In this document: in pieces, positions 40,701 to 48,542 of the stretch | Position numbering within the stretch: position 1 is the stretch's first letter | Layout: every line of letters begins with the position of its first letter | Virus record (IMG/VR): IMGVR_UViG_3300025390_000003 | Coordinates: 1-64,000 of that record | Reading direction: 5' to 3' (one strand) | DNA length: 64,000 bases | DNA from: a virus | Lineage: Duplodnaviria; Caudoviricetes | Translations under genes and position numbers: made by a program | The notes under the pieces: model-generated | Database searches by the model: none | Told to the model about the DNA's origin: nothing | What the model saw: the letters and a program-made list of their open reading frames with translations, nothing else

Positions 40701-42438
40701 GTTTTATAGATGCGACCTTTCCGTTTTGTATATAATCTCCTGATAACCATGCTGCTTCTAATGCGTCAGAATATGAAGATTGATAATTAGGAACTTTGTA
40801 TATTACATCCGCAGAACTTAAACTGTCGGAAGCTGTCGCATAAGGAACATATATAGTAGATAGTAACATTGATGCACATATGTCAAATGTATTATTATCA
40901 GGATATGCGCTTACTGAACTTACATTAGTATTATTGACTGTAAGATAGGGCCAAGAAATGGTTGTGTTACTACCAGAAATAATAGACAATTCAGTTTTTG
41001 TCACTTTATACAACCAAGCTTCTTGAACTTCACCAGTATATGTTGATGCATCATATGTAACTGGTGTGTCCCACATTCGTATTTTATCAGAGAATTTATA
41101 ATCTACGTTTGGATACGCACCTGAATCTACCAATGTTGCATTATTGATAGCGACTAATTCTACTGCACTCAAGCTAAAATCACTATTCCAATATTCAGTT
41201 TCTACTCCCTTTCTATAAACAACATTTAAAAAATCATAACTAGGATCAGAACTTAATGAAGGTCCAGTCCAAGCCAGCCCATCGCCACTTAACCCATATC
41301 CAATAAACGGAAATCTAAAAATCGTCTTTTGGTTTCCGTTTAATAGTGCATGCATTTTTAAATTCTCATACACATCATAATCATTGAAGTTTAACCACGC
41401 ACCCTGAATTCCCCTGTTAGTTTCTACAAATATAGTATCAGAAGTGTCAATACTCGATCCAGCAACACCCAAAGTTTCGATATTAGCAGAACTCAATGCA
41501 CTAGATTTATATATTGGGAGGCTTGTCGCATTGGTTACATACGCGCCGTAAGGATAATAGAAAACATTCGTTCCATTTGCGATATCAACTGTATAAAAAT
41601 CCGAAGAAACATTAGTAACTAGATTATTAACATTAAATTTAGATTCTGCTAAATATTTACTAGAAAAATCTACTAAATTATCTGAAGATAGATTGAATGT
41701 TCCTGCTTCATATGCCCAATTTAATGATGATAATGACAACCCCTTCGATTTAAAATATGCATCAGTTGTAATATCTTGTGTATCAATATATGCAGATAAC
41801 GGAACATCCACACTTCTATCAAAATATTGGTGATCGTCATACACATCCTCAATTTCTACACTAATCGAATCTTTGATAGCACTCAAATCTGGTAATGTAT
41901 TCCACACATTTGCTGGAACTGTAATATACGAATTATCAATTTTGCTATAATTTGATAATATAATCTCTTTTAACTCTTGAACAATACCTCTTGGTGATCC
42001 TGCAATATTATATTTTAATTTTGTATTCTTTAAATTTTTACGTAAACGCAAATAATATAAAGCAATATTTTTAAGTTTTTTAGCAAAGAAAGGGATAGCA
42101 AGCAATAATTCCTTTTCATCATTTAAATTTACTTGATTATACCAATTTTGTTTTTCATCATCAGTAAGATATATTTGAAGTCCATTTAAAAGGTTTAAAT
42201 ATTTCAACCTAAGTTTCTCTAAAGATGTTGTGGTTTTATCGGGTTTTTTAGTATACCAAGATATTAAGTATTGATTATATTGTTGATATTCCTGATTTGG
42301 GATAATACTTTTGAACGAAGCATACCAATTTTTAAAAGACAATGGAGCATCTTGATCAAAATCAGTAGATATCAATCTTTCTGGATTTGCATATTTGTCT
42401 AATTGCGTTAAAGCTTGGTTTTGATTATTCGTTTGCAC
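37753..42438 (-). CDS. Large baseplate wedge / structural protein
   Basis: 1561 aa, downstream of gp6 in the gp25-gp6 run, TAAATA upstream of a GTG start. Confidence 0.6.
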   Translation of the reverse strand: MQTNNQNQALTQLDKYANPERLISTDFDQDAPLSFKNWYASFKSIIPNQEYQQYNQYLISWYTKKPDKTTTSLEKLRLKYLNLLNGLQIYLTDDEKQNWYNQVNLNDEKELLLAIPFFAKKLKNIALYYLRLRKNLKNTKLKYNIAGSPRGIVQELKEIILSNYSKIDNSYITVPANVWNTLPDLSAIKDSISVEIEDVYDDHQYFDRSVDVPLSAYIDTQDITTDAYFKSKGLSLSSLNWAYEAGTFNLSSDNLVDFSSKYLAESKFNVNNLVTNVSSDFYTVDIANGTNVFYYPYGAYVTNATSLPIYKSSALSSANIETLGVAGSSIDTSDTIFVETNRGIQGAWLNFNDYDVYENLKMHALLNGNQKTIFRFPFIGYGLSGDGLAWTGPSLSSDPSYDFLNVVYRKGVETEYWNSDFSLSAVELVAINNATLVDSGAYPNVDYKFSDKIRMWDTPVTYDASTYTGEVQEAWLYKVTKTELSIISGSNTTISWPYLTVNNTNVSSVSAYPDNNTFDICASMLLSTIYVPYATASDSLSSADVIYKVPNYQSSYSDALEAAWLSGDYIQNGKVASIKQNGFTSNFASGLVTRFAWTGEPTSANTAFKSLLHENNCPYLKTLNAKDHTLCKCRQVQFTPFGHNGNIYTDFGGFGDFIAEDTFSPNEFDLNNWKGLDGNDYQNSIGFTWFKTNEITPNWGNGSWVSTNTIVSNKTFTLETGKSYVYYRTTAKLQDLDDIPFPDYVVRYPFNTTSAKWIKALKDANGNWYNAKVPSNMQLNAGDVLLYEKAPTSNFTLSGLAPNDTNINLNGHSIWSTYDLVVMDQFPIPTVNVAYPVVDVVNASALQANDAQYPTVALSAISSLNWTLIDPSGVSYNKTGDNTTILTFSPTVTGTYNVTLIAGLVGGGSYIFTQIPAITSTVTQTYSTSLTSYNTPVPGFVLATNLYGWNYNTYKYDGKYLGARPIWVKGFTDKSIVTGNNTVESWGTIPRVVDIHNIVTQPIISDMSFHTGVYVEYQNNDIDFTWDQPVTLKILVNSLSWNKILINDEGISNLATISNVSLINASSALNVPSDITLSNFVDNKPVRVYYNALGSFTWDITANREYQQVLTQNDFSLSSAIVSQQPWANLTNRNYPSLAILPTLQDIYTEDESGGYFIPNNLGTSVYTGKNYTYVYDISSSQLSNITEDATRRIGGRGLSKTDQPTPYKIIKDDNTWMKNLVITGQAAGDIKKTVSKQYQKFIPYQSSIETHKNSNVGLITPNSKQSPWGGVQDSQWVDINNHPVNFAGQVNVPAWEESQVLKKSGNQLDVWCSDIFGNQYGLYKNIKNVSPVDRKEVFGELWTRANNQIVKPAMESLSSVFLSYSNSNLYAELSTKLRNVDVFYDTIMFETSGVVIFEKLNYDYTLGEISSNTNKSNFISLALPIELNLNRELSLGSLSGYDVAKTGETWFFPEEKKIIISVAWLSSGIFHPELYSLDLNTHKLIKTFPVLPVDVLEFEGLQGTQSIIDRPVISYNYNTKEYVYSTIIKNVSGDNTLVEVYIENLPTCSLREMIVYNILH

Positions 42439-42467
42439 AATATTTCAATTATTTAATGTAGAAAATC

Positions 42468-45400
42468 TTATTGAACATCTACCCATAGATTTTTTGTTAG
42501 TAAATAATTGAAAATCGTCTCAATTATGCCATTATCCGCATACCAATCAGCAGAAAGCGTTCGGTCTAATGTAGTATATGGACTATCCCAATCTATAATA
42601 TTATTCACATTTACACCACTAATTTGATTGCCCCATAATTTATATTTAGATATAGAAGCCAAATCTAACATATTTTGTATATCAGTAGGAAAATCTACAC
42701 CATACGTAAAATTACTTTGGTCTATTTCTGCTGCTAATGATTGTAATTGTGATATTTCGCAGGTATCAATATCCGAAACATTAGTGTTAAAATTCGCAAT
42801 CTTTTCATATAACATTTTTCCAATGTCCTCAAAAGTATTATCATTACTCGATCCCGCATCACCAACAACAGCAGGAAGAAATTCATCAAACATTTTAGTA
42901 TTATTATACAAAACTTCAGGAAACGCCAAAGATTTCATATATGCAGCAAGATCGAAACTTTCATTAACCTTTCGAATTTCGTAACTATTATTAAAATTAT
43001 TAATAGAGAACGGAACGGAAACGCCAGAAATATTTATAAACTCTGTTGAATCCGAAGCATATTTTTGATACCAAACATTACCAGTCCAATCGCCAGTAAC
43101 ACTTGCTGATTTTGCGTAATTCGAGGATAAAACATCAACTGTAGTATTATCATCAGAAAGATAATACAATATGTTTGGTGATCTTTTAGCATTAATGACC
43201 TTTAATCCTTGCACACCATCAAAAGAAGAATCAGCATTAAAAATATATGCATTATTTGTAATTGCATCGATTACCCAAACTCTATTATAAACATCAACAG
43301 CCAATCCACCAATTTCTTCATCTTCCATCCCATCAAAATCTGATTCGAACGCAGGAGTTATTATATTTCTAACATTATTACTATTATTAAAATATACTGG
43401 AGTTAAAGACCAAGTTTTAACGTTTCCGCTTAATCTATCAACATAACCAAAACTTCTAACACCAAAAGAGAACCAAGGATTATTGTCTCTATCTAATGCT
43501 ATATATACTGGTCTATTAATTCCTGATATTGAACTCATTAACACTCCATTGGTGCTATACTTTTCGATTAATCCTCCTGAAATGGTGGAATTAAAAGATT
43601 CTGTTACCCATATATCATTTTGTTTATCAACTACAATATTAGTAGGAACTGAATTTGATGATAAAGAAATGGTATGCATTATCAAACCCCCTGATGAATA
43701 TTTTACCATTGTGCTAGAATTAGGATTACTGTATGTAACCCAAACATCTCCATTCCTATCAGTTTCTACAACAGGAGGCTTCATTAAATAATCATCTTCA
43801 TATATCCCAATTTCACTAGGAGTAATTGAAAATAATAAATTTAGATTGTTGTCGAACTTCAAAACTGATAATGAATTGTATAAAGATACCCATATGTTAC
43901 GATCTTTGTCTAGACTAATATATGATGGAGTAGTTCCTGACACAGATGGAATATTATCATCAAACACACTAGATAAGTTTAACGTGCTCAATAATTCACC
44001 ATAACTAGAAAATTTATATATTGCATCTTGTTCTCCATCTACCGCAATTATATCAAAATTATATGGATCAATAGCCAATCCATAAATACCAGAAAATCCT
44101 GATATAGAATAATTAAACGTATTATTACTTGATAGAATAGGAACCGTAAATTTATCAACAGTTCCTTCTATTAACAACCCATTATCTCTATAATAATCAA
44201 CGACTGGACACGCACCCGATACTGGTTGTGGTGTGTATGCTATTTTACTAACACTTCCTATATCTGGAGTAGGAACAATTACAAAGAAATTCGGAGCTAA
44301 ATTTGTTGGATATGCAAAATTATATGTCCCTGCTGATACGTTATTAATAGTAGTAGAAACATAAATCGACACAGTATCAAAGGCACTAGAAGAATTAATA
44401 GTAGTAAATTTATATCCACTATTATTATTAAATCCATTTTCATCAGTAGTTGTGAAATATAATGGAGCATCTTCACAAGAAATTGGAATCATTCCTGTAG
44501 AGGTAGAAAGTGCAAAATATATAGAACTTAATTGTCCTATTGCATTTGTCTCAGGATATGTAAAAACGATATTGCTTTGTGATGCGGTTTCAATATCTCC
44601 ACCAAAATTATATTCTCTACCATAACTATGTAATGTTATCATGGTAGGAATTTTAACATCTGTCCAATTTCTACTATAAATTTCATCGATGTAATTTCCA
44701 GTGACTCGCATAAAGTTAGGAAAAGAAACTCCCACTTGCCACACAGTAACCGCTCTCGATACTTTACTATTCGCAAAACTATTATAATCGTATATATTAG
44801 AATCATTCGGATAACTAAATCCTGATGTTTGTAAAGTTGCGGATATTAGTAAAGGACAATCAACTGTAGGCTTTCCGCTTCCTATACTATCCACATAATA
44901 CACTGATGCTTCTGCTGACATACCAACAATAGTAGTTTTTCCATCAACAGTCAAATAAATCGGGGAACCGCTTAATTCCAAATTTTCTACCGTATTAAGT
45001 CCTAAATCGTCTGTAGTAAATCTCCAAGTCGGATTAATAAAATTCCACTTTGATGGTATTTGACTATATGGGATAGATTTTGAATCCGCCGCAAATAAAT
45101 TAACTACTAATGGTTTATCTACTTGAAATGTTTGTAGATATATTACAAATGGGGTGTCTGTAGGTTTACCTGCAAGTCCATAAGATTTAGGCAATTTAGA
45201 AAACGTAATAAAATCATCAACATACGACTTTGCTGTTAGTTCTATATTTTGAGTGCTGCTATTGTTAGAAGAATCAAATCCAGATAACGTCACATTATAT
45301 ACACCAGGGTAGTTGTATACGTGAGTAAAATCAATTTCGTTATAAACAAAATTTCCATCACCCATATCCCATATTCTTTTAACGACATCACTCGAAGAAG

Positions 45401-45473
45401 TATCTACAAACCTAAAATCCGTCGCATAGATAAATCCTACATTATCAGAAGAAAGTGTAAAATTTGCAATCAT
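42468..45473 (-). CDS. Baseplate wedge (gp7-like) protein with PKD and beta-propeller domains
   Basis: 'WDMGDG...HVYNYPGVYNVTL'; 'DKDRNIWV/DRNGDVWV/DKQNDIWV' blades; C-terminal 'DIDTC...LQSLA' sheath-anchoring-type motif; follows gp6. Confidence 0.65.
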   Translation of the reverse strand: MIANFTLSSDNVGFIYATDFRFVDTSSSDVVKRIWDMGDGNFVYNEIDFTHVYNYPGVYNVTLSGFDSSNNSSTQNIELTAKSYVDDFITFSKLPKSYGLAGKPTDTPFVIYLQTFQVDKPLVVNLFAADSKSIPYSQIPSKWNFINPTWRFTTDDLGLNTVENLELSGSPIYLTVDGKTTIVGMSAEASVYYVDSIGSGKPTVDCPLLISATLQTSGFSYPNDSNIYDYNSFANSKVSRAVTVWQVGVSFPNFMRVTGNYIDEIYSRNWTDVKIPTMITLHSYGREYNFGGDIETASQSNIVFTYPETNAIGQLSSIYFALSTSTGMIPISCEDAPLYFTTTDENGFNNNSGYKFTTINSSSAFDTVSIYVSTTINNVSAGTYNFAYPTNLAPNFFVIVPTPDIGSVSKIAYTPQPVSGACPVVDYYRDNGLLIEGTVDKFTVPILSSNNTFNYSISGFSGIYGLAIDPYNFDIIAVDGEQDAIYKFSSYGELLSTLNLSSVFDDNIPSVSGTTPSYISLDKDRNIWVSLYNSLSVLKFDNNLNLLFSITPSEIGIYEDDYLMKPPVVETDRNGDVWVTYSNPNSSTMVKYSSGGLIMHTISLSSNSVPTNIVVDKQNDIWVTESFNSTISGGLIEKYSTNGVLMSSISGINRPVYIALDRDNNPWFSFGVRSFGYVDRLSGNVKTWSLTPVYFNNSNNVRNIITPAFESDFDGMEDEEIGGLAVDVYNRVWVIDAITNNAYIFNADSSFDGVQGLKVINAKRSPNILYYLSDDNTTVDVLSSNYAKSASVTGDWTGNVWYQKYASDSTEFINISGVSVPFSINNFNNSYEIRKVNESFDLAAYMKSLAFPEVLYNNTKMFDEFLPAVVGDAGSSNDNTFEDIGKMLYEKIANFNTNVSDIDTCEISQLQSLAAEIDQSNFTYGVDFPTDIQNMLDLASISKYKLWGNQISGVNVNNIIDWDSPYTTLDRTLSADWYADNGIIETIFNYLLTKNLWVDVQ

Positions 45474-45475
45474 AA

Positions 45476-47305
45476 TTAATAACCTAAAAATCCTTTATTG
45501 GTTTGTGTTGGTTGTATAACGATTTTATTTGCCAGATTATTATAATCAAATAGATATGGATATTCAAACAACCTAAACTGCATATTATTTGAAGTTTGTG
45601 TTAAATCTATTGTAGAATAATCAGGGTTCCATACAAACAAAGACAAACCTTGGAATAATACATCACTATCCACTCTTCCAGTATAGAAAGTATGCACACC
45701 ATCTATTTCTAATATTTTTTGTGTTATGATTTTTATATCCAATGTCTGTCCAAGTGTAATACTAGTTCTATCAAAATAATCTTTAAACACCCCAACTACA
45801 TCATTAACTATTGCAACATTATCTCTATTAGAATTTGGAGACTTACTAATATATAATCTACTAACACTTTCATCCGTCACTACAAAAGGATCGCCAATAT
45901 TGTATATACCAATTGCAACCGCTTTATACACTGGATCAGCATAAGCAATTTCCGCAGACATACATTTAGATGGTTGTATTGATGTGCTTATTAACTCTTT
46001 CTGTGCTGGTAATAAGTAAGATAAAGTTATATTATCCGTAGTTTTTGGCACCACAAATAAATATACATTATTAAAATTGCAAGCATCCGAAAATTGAATC
46101 TGATTAAATAATGCTCTACTAGACATTGTAGGATCGGTTAATCCCAAATCATAAAAATATTGTAAATATTCTGTAGTATATACCCAATTATTAACCACGA
46201 CAACATCTGAAATCAAATTCGCAAAATTTGTTTTTATAAACTTTGTATAATCCGCTTCATTTATTAGTCTATACTGACTTCTAAAAATTGCTGGAGCATT
46301 TTCTCTTATTTCATCCGCAGTTTCTACATCTTGTATAGGAGTTGATGCAGTATAGTTTGTAATTTTAACATTTGATAGATCATTATTTGATATACTATTC
46401 AAATAACTATTATTCAAAACATCCGAAAGAATTTGTGTGAACTGTGCGGTATTAAAAATTTGTGGCGAGGCATTTTTTAACGCTTGCTGACCAATAACTC
46501 CAGTGGTTCCATCACTTTTTAAATAATACAAAGCAACTACATCCCCTTCTTGCAGTTTTCTACCATTAATATCATTACCGAAAACTATTTCATATTGTTT
46601 ATTACCATTCAAACGGATTTCATATTTTTCCGCATTGCTACTTTCTAGATATAAATTAATAGTTTTTGTATATTGCACCCATGTTCCTGTAGTATATGGC
46701 TTGACATACACATCAACATTAAAATGATCAATATTAGTTCCAATTGGTGGAGATAATAACACAAGTTCATTACCTTCTCCTGTTGCGGTATATATTGGAT
46801 ATTCTTGGTATGATCCCTGAAACAACAAAGTTTGATTACTTAAATCGTCTAGTCCTTCAGTTACACCTGATAATGTCTTCACAAATGTAGCTTCAGTATT
46901 AAACGAAAATTTTACATTATTAACACTAACATACGAATATCTTGGTATCGTGTATATTCCTGCATTTAACTTCCCGACAGTAGCAGAGAAAGATAATGTA
47001 GATGTTTGATATCCTATTGGATTATAGTCTAACAATTTTACAATTCTATTTATATTCTCATAAAGTTGTGCTTCTGTAAACATAGATTCAGAAGCAGTTC
47101 TATTTAGATAATAAATTAATGTATTGAAAGAATATGCAACAATATCTATTATAGATGCTAAATTACTACCAATATAGTTTTGGTCTGTAAATACTTGTTT
47201 ACTATTAAGTCTATCGATAATCAATTGTCGTAATGAAGTGGCATCAAAAGCGGCATATCCACCTTTTGGTATATCGAAATTATTAAAATTGTTTATTGTT
47301 GACAT
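45476..47305 (-). CDS. gp6: Baseplate wedge subunit gp6
   Basis: 'D.NY.GSNL..IID..AY', 'ESMFTEAQLYEN', 'LLDYNP', 'FGNDING', 'ET.DEIRENAP..F.SQYRL...DY'. Confidence 0.9.
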   Translation of the reverse strand: MSTINNFNNFDIPKGGYAAFDATSLRQLIIDRLNSKQVFTDQNYIGSNLASIIDIVAYSFNTLIYYLNRTASESMFTEAQLYENINRIVKLLDYNPIGYQTSTLSFSATVGKLNAGIYTIPRYSYVSVNNVKFSFNTEATFVKTLSGVTEGLDDLSNQTLLFQGSYQEYPIYTATGEGNELVLLSPPIGTNIDHFNVDVYVKPYTTGTWVQYTKTINLYLESSNAEKYEIRLNGNKQYEIVFGNDINGRKLQEGDVVALYYLKSDGTTGVIGQQALKNASPQIFNTAQFTQILSDVLNNSYLNSISNNDLSNVKITNYTASTPIQDVETADEIRENAPAIFRSQYRLINEADYTKFIKTNFANLISDVVVVNNWVYTTEYLQYFYDLGLTDPTMSSRALFNQIQFSDACNFNNVYLFVVPKTTDNITLSYLLPAQKELISTSIQPSKCMSAEIAYADPVYKAVAIGIYNIGDPFVVTDESVSRLYISKSPNSNRDNVAIVNDVVGVFKDYFDRTSITLGQTLDIKIITQKILEIDGVHTFYTGRVDSDVLFQGLSLFVWNPDYSTIDLTQTSNNMQFRLFEYPYLFDYNNLANKIVIQPTQTNKGFLGY

Positions 47306-47308
47306 ATA

Positions 47309-47818
47309 TTATAAATTGTTTTGTTGTTGTATTACTACAAAAGATTGACTTTTAACATTGAATACAAAAGAAGATTGTACTGATGATATATTCAAAACTG
47401 GTATTTCCATCGTAATAGTTATTGTATATTGATTATCATCAGGTTGCGCTATTACATTTATATTTAATATATTTACTCTTGGTTCGTAAATAGCGACTTT
47501 ATTAAGTATTGTATTGCCGATTAACGAAGCTGTAGTTTCTGTAATTGGCTGAAATAAATAATATTCCAGATTCATTCCATACTCTGGAAATAAAAAACGT
47601 TGTCCAGGAAGTGTAGAAAACAAATTTTGTAATGAGTTTTCAATAGCTGCAACATCTTGACTTTGTTTTATATCTGCACCAATAATAGGATTTGGATATA
47701 TCACACCATTTGTCAAGGTTTTAGAAAATACCAAATCTAAGTATAAATCTCTGTAAAGAGTGTTATACTGAGTCTTTGTATTTGATATGTTTTCTAAACT
47801 TTTTATACGGATTGCCAT
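47309..47818 (-). CDS. gp25: Baseplate wedge subunit gp25 (start probably 47818)
   Basis: 'YRDLYLDL', 'AIENSLQNLFST.PGQRFLFPEYG..L..YLF', 'YEPRV'. Confidence 0.9.
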   Translation of the reverse strand: MAIRIKSLENISNTKTQYNTLYRDLYLDLVFSKTLTNGVIYPNPIIGADIKQSQDVAAIENSLQNLFSTLPGQRFLFPEYGMNLEYYLFQPITETTASLIGNTILNKVAIYEPRVNILNINVIAQPDDNQYTITITMEIPVLNISSVQSSFVFNVKSQSFVVIQQQNNL

Positions 47819-47869
47819 ATTATCTATATTATTTATTATAAAAATTGCTAAATAATAACACAAACAATT

Positions 47870-48415
47870 ATGAATACGAAATTTGATCTATTATACGAGA
47901 ACATGTTAGGAAGATATCAACAAGGAGGATATATTGTTGGTGATAGAGTAAGATTCTCAAAAGATGCGTTAAAACACCCTTCTATGAAGGATAAAGCAGA
48001 AGGATTTGTCAATCTTATCAAATCATGTATGGATGATGGATTTGATAAGATATTGAGAATTAGTGCATTAAAAAGTATACATCCTACTACAACTTCCGGC
48101 AACTTTCGTGGGGGAACAGAAGCACCTAGCGATATTTACGCGGATATTGTTATCGAAACAAATCCCGGACTATATGTATCTCCTATGACAGTTTCAGTTG
48201 GTATGTTAGAACTGCAAGATGATCAAGATGGAAGAGGTCCCGTTCCTGATAGTCTAAAAAGAAAGGAAAAATTAAACTATCCAGAGAAAGGAAAAGCTAA
48301 AAAGACTGATGGCGATGAAGACGAACACCTTAATAATGCAACCAAAAATACAAAATTAGACCACGGAAATAAGTGGGACGATAAAAAACCTGGTGGCGGA
48401 AATTTCAAAGCGTAA
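47870..48415 (+). CDS. Hypothetical late protein, possible head-internal protein
   Basis: TAAATA at 47849, N-terminus MNTKFDLLYE, own terminator. Confidence 0.6.
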   Translation: MNTKFDLLYENMLGRYQQGGYIVGDRVRFSKDALKHPSMKDKAEGFVNLIKSCMDDGFDKILRISALKSIHPTTTSGNFRGGTEAPSDIYADIVIETNPGLYVSPMTVSVGMLELQDDQDGRGPVPDSLKRKEKLNYPEKGKAKKTDGDEDEHLNNATKNTKLDHGNKWDDKKPGGGNFKA

Positions 48416-48433
48416 TCAAACAGCTTAAACATA

Positions 48434-48477
48434 GAAAACAAAAAATCTCAATATTATGTTGAGATTTTTTTGTTTTC
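48434..48477 (+). terminator. Terminator hairpin overlapping the nrdJ -35 box
   Basis: aaaaaatctcaa / ttgagatttttt inverted repeat. Confidence 0.75.
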
Positions 48478-48486
48478 AGGTATAAT
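48459..48486 (+). promoter_or_regulatory. Sigma70-type promoter TTGAGA-16-TATAAT for nrdJ
   Basis: Near-consensus boxes; the -10 box ends 56 nt upstream of the ATG. Confidence 0.6.
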
Positions 48487-48542
48487 TAATTGTTACAAGA
48501 GGTTGCAAAATAAATGCAATCACAGTAACAATAATTTTAAAT

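Noticed and set aside
48416-48542. Cobalamin riboswitch or NrdR box upstream of nrdJ
   Set aside because: The region is too short and AT-rich, with no B12-box or NrdR-box consensus visible.
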